This document shows, in pieces, positions 37,259 through 48,015 of a DNA stretch of 58,315 bases. Origin of the DNA: an uncultured Anaeroplasmataceae bacterium (GTDB lineage Bacteria > Bacillota_I > Bacilli_A > Acholeplasmatales > Anaeroplasmataceae); contig CAZJAM010000004.1 in assembly GCA_964544095.1 (NCBI GenBank), positions 1 through 58,315 of the forward strand. The letters run 5' to 3'. A program made the position numbers and the translations under genes. The notes under the pieces were generated by a model. The model was not told where the DNA came from. It saw only the letters and a list, made by a program, of their open reading frames with translations, and made no database searches. Position 1 is the stretch's first letter; each line of letters begins with the position of its first letter.

Positions 37259-38185
37259 ATGCTAATGAATAACGAAAAGCACTATAACACAATTAGCGCG
37301 TACTACAAAGAAAAATATAATAATAAGGTTTGTAAAGTATCTTTAAATGCTGGATTTAGCTGTCCAAATAAAGATGGACGAAAGGGAATTGGTGGATGCA
37401 CATACTGTAGTGCCTTAGGAAGTGGTGATTTTGCAGGAAATGTGTATGAACCACTCGATATTCAATTCAAGCACATTAAAGAAATAATGACTAAAAAATG
37501 GCCAAACGCACTATTTATTCCATACCTTCAAGCAAACTCTAACACATATAAACCTTTAGAGGAACTTAAAAAAATATATGAGCCTCTTCTTACAATTGAT
37601 GAAAATGTAATAGGACTTTCAATTGCGACTAGATGTGATTGCCTTGAAGATGAGAAAATAGAATATATTGCCTCACTTAATAAAATCAAACCAATTCAAA
37701 TTGAACTAGGTCTGCAAACAATTCATGAAAATACCGCAAAGCTTATAAATAGAGGACATACCCTAGATGAATTCGTATCATCGGTTAAAAAGTTAAGAGA
37801 ACATAATATAGAAGTTGTAGTACATATTATAAATGGGCTTCCATATGAAACAAAAGAGATGATGATTGAAACCATAAAATTTTTAAATAAATTAGACATA
37901 CAAGGTGTAAAAATACATTCTCTTCTTATTCTTAAAGGTACAAAAATGGGTATGGATTATATTAATAACCCATTCCCAATATTAACTAGAGATCAATATG
38001 TTGATATAGTAGTTTCGCAAATAAGATCATTAAACCCAAATATAATAATTCATCGCCTTGCGGCTGATGGAGTAATTAATGATTTAATAGAGCCTAAATG
38101 GACTATTAAAAAAATGGTTGTAATGAACGAAATTGATAAAGAGATGAGACGCCTTAACGCATGGCAAGGCGACCTTATAAAGTAA
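37259..38185 (+). CDS. Radical SAM protein, TIGR01212 family
   Basis: 308 aa. CPNKDGRKGIGGCTYC is the characteristic cluster-binding motif of this family. The RBS GGTGAT lies 5 nt upstream. Confidence 0.8.
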   Translation: MLMNNEKHYNTISAYYKEKYNNKVCKVSLNAGFSCPNKDGRKGIGGCTYCSALGSGDFAGNVYEPLDIQFKHIKEIMTKKWPNALFIPYLQANSNTYKPLEELKKIYEPLLTIDENVIGLSIATRCDCLEDEKIEYIASLNKIKPIQIELGLQTIHENTAKLINRGHTLDEFVSSVKKLREHNIEVVVHIINGLPYETKEMMIETIKFLNKLDIQGVKIHSLLILKGTKMGMDYINNPFPILTRDQYVDIVVSQIRSLNPNIIIHRLAADGVINDLIEPKWTIKKMVVMNEIDKEMRRLNAWQGDLIK

Positions 38186-38194
38186 AACTCTTTA

Positions 38195-40216
38195 TTATGC
38201 CTTAGGGAATTCAGAATAGAATATTGAATATCTATCATTAAATACTTCTTTGTTTATATCTTCTGATATTTTAGGAAGTATAATACTAAGTATTATAATA
38301 AATCTATGAGCCTCATCCTTTGATATATTATGAGGTAAGACAAAAGATTTAAAGAAAGTCATAATAGTTTTTGTAAGTTTTACTATTTCAAAAGACTCTA
38401 AGAGTTTATTACAACTTCTTACAAATTCAGAAAAATAAATGTTATCAAATGCTTGATTTCTAAAAGGCTCTTCAAAAGCCTTTTTAATTTCTGAAATCAT
38501 TGCCTTATATGTATCTAGGAGTTCAATTGTTTCTTTTAAATCATCAGATAAATTATTATTAGATAACAAATATAATCTATATGTATCAGAACTATATCTT
38601 GTAAGTATTTCATTTACAAATGAAACACCAAGACGCTGTTGTTCACCTAAATAATCAATATTTACTTTTGAATCATTTAAAATTACAAACTTAGAAAAAC
38701 TACTATATTGTTTACCAATAGATTCAAAATACATATTAAATATAGTATTAAATAATACCTCTTCTACAACGTTTGATTCATCAAAAACACCTACAATATC
38801 TTTAAAATCATTATAAGGAGAATTTTCATTATAGAATTCAAAAGAACCCATCATATTATCATATATTTTTGCGTATATGCTAATAAGTCCTAAAACAAAT
38901 CCTTTATTAAATGTCATCTTTTGAATTGATATATTAGAATCTAGCGATTCTTCATTAGTAGCAGTTGGCTTAAATCTATTACTAAAATATATTGGGTAAT
39001 ATTTTTCATCTAAAACCACCATTTCACCCTTATAATCAGCACCTAGTGGTATTAATATACCAAGATCTTGAAATGATGAAATTATTAAATCTTCTTCTGG
39101 TTTTAAATAAAGAGTTGCCATACCCTCATCAGTGAATGCCTTGCATATAGTTTCTCTTGCCAAATCTATATTTAATCCATCAAGGAAATCAGAATTTATA
39201 AGATTCATATCCTCATCTAAGAATATATTCTCATCTAATCCTATATTTGATGCGAACATATGGTCAAGTGTATCCATGGAAGGAATACCTGCATGAACTC
39301 CCTCTTCATATTTATATGATGCGAACACATAAATATCTTTAAATGTTAATGGATTTTTAAGTATTACACCTGTAAAACAATCATTATCTATATCCTCATC
39401 TACTAAGAATTCTGATACAGACATATATTCATCAGGTGTTGTATACATTAAAACATCAATATATTTAGGATTTAGGCAAACAAAAGAAATTCCTGCTAAA
39501 TATTGTGGATTATCAAGCATAACAAAAACTTCAAAATTTTCATTTTTTAATCCAATTTTAAGACCTTTCTTACAACCTAGGTAATCATAGATTTTATCTT
39601 TATATGCTTGTTCAATATTTAGAGAGGCAATTTTATCTATAAGGCTTGGAAATTTACTAACATCTATTGTAAATACATCCATCTTATGCGCAAACATATC
39701 TTCATCACTATCTTTTAGATAATATTTATCATTTACTATTTTTACCATAGATTTAGAATATACATTGTGCGATGAAAAATCTGTAAATACATCCATCTTT
39801 TTTAAGTTTATATAACCCTTATTATACATTTCTTTAAATGTATCTTGAATAAACTTTATAGTAGTTAGGTCATTTAATGATATTTCTTTTTCAATATCAA
39901 ATCCTATATTTAAATCCTTAAGCTCCTCTATATGATTTTTTCTTAATCCCTCTATTCCTTCACCACGAAGTCTTGAGTAACTATAAGAGGTATCATTTAA
40001 ATTATTACAAACGACTGGATACATTACATTATATCCCATCATCCTATAAGCTTTATTTAACACATCAGAATAAACATAAGGAAATAAATTCTTATTATTA
40101 AATCCATTACATACAATTTGAAATGGTGATGTATATAGATATCTCTTCTTCTTAAATTTGTCGCGTTCAATTTTAAAAATACGCTTATTATTCCATTCAT
40201 CATAAAGCTCTGACAT
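38195..40216 (-). CDS. Leucyl-tRNA-synthetase-like paralogue lacking HIGH/KMSKS catalytic motifs and the C-terminal domain (predicted pseudo-synthetase)
   Basis: 673 aa, collinear with bacterial LeuRS (WNNKRIF..K..Y; Y.DVLNKAYRMMGYNV..P; LKDLNIGFD; CP1-like FVMLDNPQYLAGISFVCLNP and GVHAGIPSMDTLDHMFA; SSDTYRLYLLS). HIGH reads FNNKN, GGxEHAxxHLLY reads DESNVVEEVLF, and no KMSKS is present. The RBS is the strong GGTGGTGAGG. Confidence 0.7.
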   Translation of the reverse strand: MSELYDEWNNKRIFKIERDKFKKKRYLYTSPFQIVCNGFNNKNLFPYVYSDVLNKAYRMMGYNVMYPVVCNNLNDTSYSYSRLRGEGIEGLRKNHIEELKDLNIGFDIEKEISLNDLTTIKFIQDTFKEMYNKGYINLKKMDVFTDFSSHNVYSKSMVKIVNDKYYLKDSDEDMFAHKMDVFTIDVSKFPSLIDKIASLNIEQAYKDKIYDYLGCKKGLKIGLKNENFEVFVMLDNPQYLAGISFVCLNPKYIDVLMYTTPDEYMSVSEFLVDEDIDNDCFTGVILKNPLTFKDIYVFASYKYEEGVHAGIPSMDTLDHMFASNIGLDENIFLDEDMNLINSDFLDGLNIDLARETICKAFTDEGMATLYLKPEEDLIISSFQDLGILIPLGADYKGEMVVLDEKYYPIYFSNRFKPTATNEESLDSNISIQKMTFNKGFVLGLISIYAKIYDNMMGSFEFYNENSPYNDFKDIVGVFDESNVVEEVLFNTIFNMYFESIGKQYSSFSKFVILNDSKVNIDYLGEQQRLGVSFVNEILTRYSSDTYRLYLLSNNNLSDDLKETIELLDTYKAMISEIKKAFEEPFRNQAFDNIYFSEFVRSCNKLLESFEIVKLTKTIMTFFKSFVLPHNISKDEAHRFIIILSIILPKISEDINKEVFNDRYSIFYSEFPKA

Positions 40217-40257
40217 CTATTCCTCACCACCTTACATAAATTATACATTTTATATAG

Positions 40258-40296
40258 TAAAAAGAAAAGAAAAAAGGAGTGATTTTTTCACTCCTT
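40258..40296 (-). terminator. Rho-independent terminator of acpP
   Basis: A perfect 9-bp stem AAGGAGTGA/TCACTCCTT with loop A5 is followed by UUUUCUUUUCUUUUU. Confidence 0.75.
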
Positions 40297-40311
40297 AAAT
40301 TTATCCAAAAA

Positions 40312-40548
40312 TTATTGCTTAGCTTGTTCAGTTTCAATATATGAAACTAAATCTTGAACTGTCTTAATACTTTGAGCTGCGTCATCTGAAATAGAGATAT
40401 TAAATTCATCTTCAAGTGACATAATAACCTCTACTGCATCAATTGAATCTGCTCCTAAATCATCCTTTAAATTAGCTTCTGGAGTAACCTTAGATTCATC
40501 AACGTTTAATTCTTTTACAATAATTTCTTTAACTTTTTCAAAAATCAT
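40312..40548 (-). CDS. acpP: Acyl carrier protein
   Basis: 78 aa. The phosphopantetheine attachment motif is [11 protein letters not shown], and the protein is highly similar overall to the AcpP consensus. Confidence 0.93.
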   Translation of the reverse strand: MIFEKVKEIIVKELNVDESKVTPEANLKDDLGADSIDAVEVIMSLEDEFNISISDDAAQSIKTVQDLVSYIETEQAKQ

Positions 40549-40611
40549 TTCTTAACTTTTCCTTTCCAAAAAATCTAAATAAATTATACCTAATATGAAA
40601 TTATTTGTCAA

Positions 40612-41928
40612 TCACTTGTAAATATATTGATTTACTATAGCTTCAAGCATTTCTTGACGTCCTGACTTATTTTCAATTTCATCATGTGATAATGCATATT
40701 CTAATAAAGTATTGAAGTTTGCCTTACCACTTACTATGTCTTTACCTATTCCATATGTATATGATTCATATCTCATATCTTTAAAGTTTTCTAATACTTT
40801 GTCTTCATATAATTTTGCGGCAACTCTTAATCCTTTGGCGAATGTATCCATACCTGCAATATAGGCAATAAGCAAATCAGATGTTTCAAATGATGCCCTT
40901 CTTACCTTTGCGTCAAAGTTAAGTCCACCACTATGTAATCCACCATTTAATATTACCTCATACATAGCCATTGTGGCATCATATACATTTGTTGGGAATT
41001 GGTCTGTATCCCAACCAAGAAGCATATCTCCTTGGTTTGCGTCAATTGAGCCTAAGGCTCCATTAATACGTGCCATATTTAACTCATGTTGGAATGTATG
41101 ACCTGCAAGTGTCGCATGGTTAGCTTCAATATTTACCTTAAAATATTTCTCAAGTCCATATTTTCTTAAAAATCCTAATACAGTTTGAGTATCAAAATCA
41201 TATTGATGTTTTGTTGGCTCTTTTGGTTTTGGTTCAATTAAAAATTGTCCTTTAAAACCAATTTGTTGTGCGTAATCTACTGCCATACGTAATAATCTTG
41301 CGAAATTATCAAGTTCTAAATCAGTTTTAGTATTAAGAAGTGTTTCATATCCTTCTCTTCCACCCCAGAACACATAATTCTCTCCGCCAAGTTTTTGTGT
41401 TATGTCGATTGCTTTCTTAACAGATGCAGCTGCATATGCAAACGCATCAGCATTTGATGATGTCGCAGCTCCATGAACAAATCTCTTATGATTAAATAAA
41501 TTAGATGTTCCCCATAAGCATTTAATACCTGTCTCATCCATTTTTTCTTTAATATAATCAGATATTTCATCTAATGCCTTATGGAAATCAGATAAATGCT
41601 CGCAAGGGTAGGCTATATCAACATCGTGGAAGCAAAAATATTCAATACCAAGTTTTTGCATAAATTCAAATCCTGCATCAACTTTATTTCTTGCTTGCTT
41701 CATCAAATCTTTATTATTCCAAGGACGTGACATTGATGGTCCTCCAAACATGTCCTCACCTTGTGCACCTAATGTATGCCACCAAGACATTGCAAATCTT
41801 AAATGTTCTTTCATAGGACGTCCCATAATAAGTTCATTTGCGTTATATTGTTTAAACGCAAGTGGGTTCTTAGAATTAGGTCCTTCGTATTTAACTTTTC
41901 TTACTACATCAGTAAAATATTTCTTCAT
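40612..41928 (-). CDS. xylA: Xylose isomerase
   Basis: 438 aa with motifs [32 protein letters not shown] and [13 protein letters not shown]. Confidence 0.95.
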   Translation of the reverse strand: MKKYFTDVVRKVKYEGPNSKNPLAFKQYNANELIMGRPMKEHLRFAMSWWHTLGAQGEDMFGGPSMSRPWNNKDLMKQARNKVDAGFEFMQKLGIEYFCFHDVDIAYPCEHLSDFHKALDEISDYIKEKMDETGIKCLWGTSNLFNHKRFVHGAATSSNADAFAYAAASVKKAIDITQKLGGENYVFWGGREGYETLLNTKTDLELDNFARLLRMAVDYAQQIGFKGQFLIEPKPKEPTKHQYDFDTQTVLGFLRKYGLEKYFKVNIEANHATLAGHTFQHELNMARINGALGSIDANQGDMLLGWDTDQFPTNVYDATMAMYEVILNGGLHSGGLNFDAKVRRASFETSDLLIAYIAGMDTFAKGLRVAAKLYEDKVLENFKDMRYESYTYGIGKDIVSGKANFNTLLEYALSHDEIENKSGRQEMLEAIVNQYIYK

Positions 41929-43436
41929 TATTTTCTTATCTCCTTTTCCATTTCGAATAATAATTTATTTTGTGTATATAATTTTTTATAAACCTCAAAA
42001 TATTTAAGGTAGGCTCTATAATCTAAAATATTTGGTTCAAATGAATCTCTATAAGAAATTATTTTCTTACATGCATCATATACATCTTTATATATTCCAT
42101 CCGCAACCATCGCAAGTATCGCAACTCCTAAAGCTCCTGCTTCATCATTATTAACACGTGATACAGTGTGATTTAATACAGATGCAAGTATCTTACACCA
42201 TTTAGGATTACGTGCTCCACCACCACTCACTAATACCTTATTCGGATTAAAATCTAGCAGTTGGAAACAATCTTTCATTGAATATGATATTCCTTCAATA
42301 ATTGCCTTAGTCATCATATCCTTAGTTGTATTACCACGAATACCTATAAACATTCCAGTTGCGTTTGGATCAAGATTTGGTGTACGTTCTCCCATTAAAT
42401 AAGGAAGATAAATAAGTCCATCGCATCCTGCAGGTATTTTATCAATGTTTCTTGTTAAATAATCATATGCTGAAATTCCTTCAGTATGTGCAATAGATGC
42501 TTCATATTGGCACATATTGTTTTTATACCATTTAAGTGAATTTCCACATCCATTAGTAACACCCATTGTGTGATACTTATGAGGAATTGCATGATGAAAA
42601 TATTGAAGTCCATTATTTTTTATTACAAGGTTTTGAAGGGATGCAAATACTACTCCTGATGATCCAAGAGTAATTGATACATCTTTCCCATCAACAATAC
42701 CATTACCTATTGCGGATGCTGCCTGATCACCTGCACCGCCTACTACAAATGTATGTGGTTTTAAACCAGTAGTCGCACAAATATCTTCTTTAAGAGTACC
42801 TGTAATTTCTGCTGATTCTACAATTTCTGGTAATGTATTTTTATCTATTCCAAAATAATTAAGTATTTCATCACTATAACATTCACTTTTTAAGTCCATC
42901 ATCTGCATTCCAGAGGCATCACTATATTCTGTTTTAAATTCTCCAGTTAATATATATCTTATATAATCCTTTGGAAGCATTATTTTATTAATTTTTTTAA
43001 AAATATCAGGTTCATTATTTTTAATCCATAAAAGTTTAGCTAAAGTAAACGCAGGCATTGGATTATTACCTGTAATATTACGTATTTTATCTACTCCAAA
43101 TCTTTCTAATTCCAAAACTTCTCTTTCAGTTCTGTTATCACACCAAATTATTGCGTTATATAAAATATTATCATCTTTATCAAGCAATACAAGTCCATGC
43201 ATTTGTCCTGATAATCCAATACCTATAATATCGTCTGGATTACCTTCAAGTGCTAAATTTTTTAATACTCTAAGACAAGCCTTCTTCCAATCAAGTGGAT
43301 TCTCCTCTGCATATCCAGGCTTAGAAGATATAATATCATATTCAAAAGAAGTTGCCTTATGAATATGACCAAGGCGATCAAATAAAACTGCTTTAGTAGA
43401 TGATGTACCTATATCCATTCCAATATAATATTTCAT
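41928..43436 (-). CDS. xylB: Xylulokinase (FGGY family)
   Basis: About 502 aa with motifs [19 protein letters not shown] and [10 protein letters not shown]. The stop overlaps the xylA start as TAATG. The ATG at 43436 lies 8 nt after AGGTGA. Confidence 0.9.
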   Translation of the reverse strand: MKYYIGMDIGTSSTKAVLFDRLGHIHKATSFEYDIISSKPGYAEENPLDWKKACLRVLKNLALEGNPDDIIGIGLSGQMHGLVLLDKDDNILYNAIIWCDNRTEREVLELERFGVDKIRNITGNNPMPAFTLAKLLWIKNNEPDIFKKINKIMLPKDYIRYILTGEFKTEYSDASGMQMMDLKSECYSDEILNYFGIDKNTLPEIVESAEITGTLKEDICATTGLKPHTFVVGGAGDQAASAIGNGIVDGKDVSITLGSSGVVFASLQNLVIKNNGLQYFHHAIPHKYHTMGVTNGCGNSLKWYKNNMCQYEASIAHTEGISAYDYLTRNIDKIPAGCDGLIYLPYLMGERTPNLDPNATGMFIGIRGNTTKDMMTKAIIEGISYSMKDCFQLLDFNPNKVLVSGGGARNPKWCKILASVLNHTVSRVNNDEAGALGVAILAMVADGIYKDVYDACKKIISYRDSFEPNILDYRAYLKYFEVYKKLYTQNKLLFEMEKEIRK

Positions 43437-43477
43437 ATTTTTATTCACCTCATCGAAACCATCTATTTTAATTATAC

Positions 43478-43505
43478 ATAAAAAAAAGAGGTTTTTAAAC
43501 CTCTC
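43478..43505 (-). terminator. Rho-independent terminator after ymcA
   Basis: The stem AGAGGTT/AACCTCT with a 4-nt loop is followed by a U8 run on the minus strand. Confidence 0.65.
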
Positions 43506-43523
43506 TTAATATTTGTTATAATT

Positions 43524-43862
43524 TTAAATATGATTGTTTAATTCACTTTCTATAATTTTTGAAATAGATAGAAGCATAGAATATGCCTCCTCTAGTAAAT
43601 CCATATATTCACTAAGCAAGGGAGTATCTTCTATTTTATTTTTTAATTCATCTATTTTATTTTTATCTAACTCTGCTTGATTAATAAGCCCATAATGTTT
43701 TGAATTAATATATCTTTTTTGTGTTTCCTTAAGTTCTTTAAATGTATCCTTAAGTTCTACATTCTTATCAATTACAGCTTCTAGTTCATGTAGTCTTTTT
43801 ATTTCTGGAAGGTCATTAATTGATTTTATTAAATCATCAAGAGCTACTTCATAACTATTCAT
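43524..43862 (-). CDS. ymcA: YmcA/YlbF-family (RicA-like) protein
   Basis: 112-aa helical protein immediately downstream of and overlapping miaB, the same ymcB(miaB)-ymcA arrangement as in Bacillus. Confidence 0.6.
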   Translation of the reverse strand: MNSYEVALDDLIKSINDLPEIKRLHELEAVIDKNVELKDTFKELKETQKRYINSKHYGLINQAELDKNKIDELKNKIEDTPLLSEYMDLLEEAYSMLLSISKIIESELNNHI

Positions 43863-45291
43863 TATAAAGTTCTCCTGTTATAAACCAAGTCTTAGCACCT
43901 GTAACCTTTACTTTTACCTCTTGACCAACTATATTTTTATCTATAGCTTTAAAATGGCATAATTTATTATGACGAGTGTATCCACACATCATATCAAGTC
44001 CATTCTTAGATTCACCATCAACAAGTACTTCTACAACTTGTCCTATAAATCTTTCATTACCTTTTAATGCATATTCATTTACTAAATCATTTAATCTATA
44101 TAATCTTTGGTCTTTTTCTGATTCTGTTACATTATCTTTCATTTGAGCTGCAGGTGTACCTTCTCTTGGAGAATATACAAATGTATAGGCTCCATCGTAC
44201 TCTACATACTTAACTAAATCAAGAGTATGTTGGAATTGTTCCTCTGTTTCATTAGGAAATCCTACAATTATATCTGTTGTAATCGCAATCCCTGGAACCC
44301 TTCTTTTAAGTTCATCTATTATATGGTGATATTGAGCCATATCATATTTACGGTTCATAGCTTTTAAAATATCATCATCACCTGATTGAACTGGTAAATG
44401 TATCCATGGAATTACATGCTCGCATGTAGCCATTGCGTTAATTGTTTTTTCATCAATATCACGTGGGTGAGATGTAGTATATTTTATTCTATCTACACCA
44501 ATTTTATTTAAATCAACAAGAAGATCTCCGAATGAATAATCACTATATTTATCTTTACCATAAGCATTAACATTTTGTCCTAATAATGTTATTTCCTTAT
44601 ATCCTGCTTCTTTAAGTTCACAAACCTCTTTTATAATATCTTCTTTATCTCTTGATCTTTCTTTACCTCTTGTATATGGAACAATACAATAAGTACAGAA
44701 TTCATCGCATCCAAACATAATATTTACCCAAGCTTTATGTTTTAAAGCTCTCTTTTTAGGAGCATTCTCTAAAATTCCTCCTTGAGTAGACAAGACCTCT
44801 ATTACCTTGCTCTTAGACATATATGCTTCATATAATAGTTTTGGTAAATTTCCAATGTTATGTGTACCAAAGATTAAATCAATATGTGGATATGATTCTA
44901 TAATCTTTGTAGTAGCCTCAGGCTCCTGAGGCATACAACCAGAAATTCCTATAATCATATCAGGATTTTCTTTTTTAACTCCTTTAAGTCTTCCAAGAAC
45001 TCCCCAAATTCTATTTTCAGCATTTTGTCTTATTGCACATGTATTTAAAATAACAACATCAGCACAATATTCATCATCTGATTTAGTATATCCTAATTGT
45101 TCTAAAATACCTTCCATGACCTCAGAATCTGCTTCATTACCTTGGCATCCATATGTTAAAACACGGTAAGTTTTATCCTTACCTATTCCCTTATATTTAT
45201 CAAGCAATGTATATGCTGTTTTTAAAGTTTCTTCCTTCCTTCTGTTTCTTGCTTCCTTTAAAGAAGGAATACTTAATTCAAGTCTTGCCAT
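43855..45291 (-). CDS. miaB: tRNA-2-methylthio-N6-dimethylallyladenosine synthase
   Basis: The UPF0004 domain has TYGCQGN, the radical-SAM motif is CDEFCTYCIVP and a C-terminal TRAM domain is present. The ATG at 45291 lies 5 nt after AGGTGA. Confidence 0.92.
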   Translation of the reverse strand: MARLELSIPSLKEARNRRKEETLKTAYTLLDKYKGIGKDKTYRVLTYGCQGNEADSEVMEGILEQLGYTKSDDEYCADVVILNTCAIRQNAENRIWGVLGRLKGVKKENPDMIIGISGCMPQEPEATTKIIESYPHIDLIFGTHNIGNLPKLLYEAYMSKSKVIEVLSTQGGILENAPKKRALKHKAWVNIMFGCDEFCTYCIVPYTRGKERSRDKEDIIKEVCELKEAGYKEITLLGQNVNAYGKDKYSDYSFGDLLVDLNKIGVDRIKYTTSHPRDIDEKTINAMATCEHVIPWIHLPVQSGDDDILKAMNRKYDMAQYHHIIDELKRRVPGIAITTDIIVGFPNETEEQFQHTLDLVKYVEYDGAYTFVYSPREGTPAAQMKDNVTESEKDQRLYRLNDLVNEYALKGNERFIGQVVEVLVDGESKNGLDMMCGYTRHNKLCHFKAIDKNIVGQEVKVKVTGAKTWFITGELYNE

Positions 45292-45337
45292 TATAATCAC
45301 CTGTGCTCTATTATAGTATAAAGGTGAAAAAATTACA

Positions 45338-45366
45338 AATAAAAAGAGCTATTTATTAAATAGCCC
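45338..45366 (-). terminator. Probable terminator after ymdB
   Basis: The 7-bp AT-rich stem GCTATTT/AAATAGC is followed by CUCUUUUUAUUU on the minus strand. Confidence 0.4.
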
Positions 45367-45373
45367 ATTAATA

Positions 45374-46147
45374 TTATTTTTTAATTATAGAAACTCTTTC
45401 AATAGTATTTTTTAAAGAACCTATATCAAGAATTACGGCATTAAATTGTACAGTTTTATCCTCTGTTACTTTAGATGGAGTATAAATTCCTGTTCTAAAT
45501 CTTTCGATTATAGTTTCAGCATCATCACCTAAAACACCATTATATGGTCCTGTCATACCGATATCAGAAACATAGAGTGTCCCTTTTGGTAATATTCTAT
45601 TATCAGCTGTTGGAACATGCGTATGTGTACCTACTACTGCTGATACCTTACCATCGAAATCAAGTCCGAATGCAATTTTTTCAGATGTAGCCTCGGCATG
45701 CATATCTACAATTATATAATCTGTTTTACCTTTAACCTCTTCTAAAATTTTATCCATTACAGTAAACGGATTATCAAGAGACATATTATTCATATATATA
45801 CGTCCTAATAAATTCACTATGGTAATCTTTTTATCATTATAATTTAGTGTTTTATATCCATTACCTAAATCCGAATTAAAATTAGCTGGTCTTATTATCT
45901 TAGATGATGAGATGTAATCTTTAATATCTCTTTGAGAGAATGTATGATTTCCCATAGTTATAGCAAATATACCAAGCTTCATTAATCTATCATAATCTTT
46001 TTTATGAAGTCCTCTTCCATTAGATATATTTTCAGCATTCGCAATAACTAAATTAATTTTATTATCTTGCCTTATCTTAGCTAAATTCTCTTCTAAAAAG
46101 CGAAGACCTGCTTCCCCTACTATGTCTCCTATAAATAAAATTCTCAT
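45374..46147 (-). CDS. ymdB: YmdB-family 2',3'-cyclic-nucleotide phosphodiesterase (TIGR00282)
   Basis: The protein starts MRILFIGDIVG, like B. subtilis YmdB, and has GNH, DMHAEATSEK and GTHTHV. The ORF-track start 46177 is a GTG buried in the rny terminator stem and was rejected. Confidence 0.9.
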   Translation of the reverse strand: MRILFIGDIVGEAGLRFLEENLAKIRQDNKINLVIANAENISNGRGLHKKDYDRLMKLGIFAITMGNHTFSQRDIKDYISSSKIIRPANFNSDLGNGYKTLNYNDKKITIVNLLGRIYMNNMSLDNPFTVMDKILEEVKGKTDYIIVDMHAEATSEKIAFGLDFDGKVSAVVGTHTHVPTADNRILPKGTLYVSDIGMTGPYNGVLGDDAETIIERFRTGIYTPSKVTEDKTVQFNAVILDIGSLKNTIERVSIIKK

Positions 46148-46163
46148 AATTTTTAAATACCCT

Positions 46164-46202
46164 TCTAAAAAAAGCACCTACATCAAGCATTGATATAGGT
46201 GC
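46164..46202 (-). terminator. Rho-independent terminator/attenuator between rny and ymdB
   Basis: The 13-bp stem GCACCUAUAUCAA/UUGAUGUAGGUGC (one mismatch) is followed by a U7 run. Confidence 0.65.
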
Positions 46203-46211
46203 ATTTTAAGC

Positions 46212-47804
46212 TTACTTAGCAGTTTCTACTGCACGAGATTCACGAATAACTGTGATCTTAATATTTCCTGGATAATTAAGCTTTGCCTCAACCTGCTCCT
46301 TGATTTCTCTTGCAACTTTAATTATTTGTAAGTCATCAATTTGTTCAGGGTTAACAATAACTCTTACTTCACGTCCGGCTTGAATTGCGTATGATGATTG
46401 AACACCCTTAACACTATTAGAGATTTCCTCTAATGCTTCAAGTCTCTTTGTATAGTTTTCTAAGCTATCAGATCTAGCTCCAGGTCTTGCTGATGATAAT
46501 GCATCAGCTGCAGCTACTAATACTGCAATAACACTCTTTGGAGCAACATCCTCATGGTGAGATGCGATAGCATCAATAACCTCTTTTGGTTCATGATACT
46601 TTTGAGCAAGTTCAACACCAATTTCTACATGGGAACCTTCAACCTCATGGTCAACGGCTTTACCAATATCATGTAATAGTCCTGCACGGCGAGCAAGTGA
46701 TTCATTTTCACCAAGTTCAGCAGCAAGCTTTCCTGCAAGGAATGATGTTTCAAGTGAATGTTGTAATACATTTTGTCCAAATGATGTACGATAATATAAT
46801 CTTCCTATTAATCTTACTAAATCTGGATGAAGTTTTCCGATTCCAGCTTTGAAGATAGCCTCTTCTCCCTTTTCACGGATATCCATTTCAACTTCAGATC
46901 TACATCTTTCAACAACCTCTTCAATTCTAGCTGGATGAATTCTTCCATCCGATACTAGCATCTCAAGTGATTTTCTTGCGATTTCACGACGGATTGGATC
47001 AAAACAAGATATTACTACTGCATCTGGTGTATCATCAATAATTAAATCAACACCTGTCATACTTTCAATAGCTCTAATATTACGACCCTCACGTCCAATA
47101 ATTCTTCCCTTCATTTCATCTGATGGGATAGATACTGTTGTAACAGTAGTTTCACCTACAGTTTCACCAGCATATTTCTGGATAGCATTAGATAAGATGT
47201 TTTTAGCATTATTTCTTACCTCATTCTTAGCTTTTTCTTCCTCTTCCTTAATATATGTCGCAATCTCAGCAGACATTTCCTCTTTAACGCGACTCATAAC
47301 AAGTTTAGAAGCTTCTTCCTTTGAAAGTCCAGAAATTTCAACAAGCTTACGCTCCTGTTCTTCTAACGTTTCTTCAACTTTAGTATTTAGTTGTTCTAAT
47401 TCAATTTTCTTTTCATCTAATTTTGATTCTTTAACATTAAGTAATTCTTCACGACGATCTAAATTTGAACTACGTCTATCTAAAGAGTCCTCACGTTGAT
47501 TGATCTTATTTTCAAGTTCAACAACATTTTGCTTTCTTTCACGAATATCCTTTTCAGCATCTTGCTTTAAAAGGAAAATCTCTTGCTTAGTTTCAGCAAC
47601 GGATTCTTTCTTAATACGGTCACACTCAGTTTGGGCATCTGATACAAGTTTATCAGCTGCTTCTTTCCCCTTTAAAAATGCATTTTCATCAGCTTTAGCC
47701 TTAATCTTTTTACCAATGAAAAATCCTGCTAGTGAACCAACAGCTAAACATAAAATGAAGCCAACGATCATTCCTACAATTAGTCCTCCACCAATTAGGA
47801 ACAT
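46212..47804 (-). CDS. rny: Ribonuclease Y
   Basis: The domains are an N-terminal TM helix, a coiled coil, KH ([13 protein letters not shown]) and HD (LLHDIGKA). The ATG at 47804 lies 7 nt after GGAGG. Confidence 0.96.
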   Translation of the reverse strand: MFLIGGGLIVGMIVGFILCLAVGSLAGFFIGKKIKAKADENAFLKGKEAADKLVSDAQTECDRIKKESVAETKQEIFLLKQDAEKDIRERKQNVVELENKINQREDSLDRRSSNLDRREELLNVKESKLDEKKIELEQLNTKVEETLEEQERKLVEISGLSKEEASKLVMSRVKEEMSAEIATYIKEEEEKAKNEVRNNAKNILSNAIQKYAGETVGETTVTTVSIPSDEMKGRIIGREGRNIRAIESMTGVDLIIDDTPDAVVISCFDPIRREIARKSLEMLVSDGRIHPARIEEVVERCRSEVEMDIREKGEEAIFKAGIGKLHPDLVRLIGRLYYRTSFGQNVLQHSLETSFLAGKLAAELGENESLARRAGLLHDIGKAVDHEVEGSHVEIGVELAQKYHEPKEVIDAIASHHEDVAPKSVIAVLVAAADALSSARPGARSDSLENYTKRLEALEEISNSVKGVQSSYAIQAGREVRVIVNPEQIDDLQIIKVAREIKEQVEAKLNYPGNIKITVIRESRAVETAK

Positions 47805-47880
47805 AATCACACCTCCATTATTGTTTGTTAAAATTTTAAATATAATTAAATGTATAACTACATTTCAAATTCCATTTTCT

Positions 47881-47909
47881 ATTATAACTTATAAAAGCGT
47901 TTTAGTCAA
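47881..47909 (-). promoter_or_regulatory. Sigma-A promoter of rny
   Basis: The minus strand reads TTGACT (47904-47909), a 17-nt spacer and TATAAT (47881-47886). The predicted 5' UTR is about 65 nt. Confidence 0.55.
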
Positions 47910-47953
47910 TAAAACTTAAGGACTTATTAAAATTCAAAATAAGCCTTTTTTTC

Positions 47954-47982
47954 TTGCAATAACCTATATTATATATTAAAAT
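47954..47982 (+). promoter_or_regulatory. Putative sigma-A promoter of the 255-aa gene
   Basis: The sequence reads TTGCAA, a 17-nt spacer and TAAAAT, about 33 nt upstream of the ATG at 48016. Confidence 0.45.
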
Positions 47983-48015
47983 AAATACATAGCAAAAAAG
48001 AAAAGGTGATATTAA

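Noticed and set aside
43437-43523. A XylR operator or cre catabolite-responsive element upstream of xylB-xylA.
   Set aside because: No sequence fits the cre consensus (TGNAANCGNTNNCA); the best candidate, TGGTTTCGATGAGG, has four mismatches. No xylR gene lies nearby, so regulation cannot be inferred from this window.
47500-47919. A 139-aa plus-strand ORF runs antisense through the rny 5' end into the intergenic region and ends next to the hairpin at 47920-47952.
   Set aside because: Its sequence is Ser/Phe-rich and low-complexity, no RBS precedes it, and it lies entirely antisense to the well-supported rny N-terminus. Only the hairpin was kept, as a low-interest observation.
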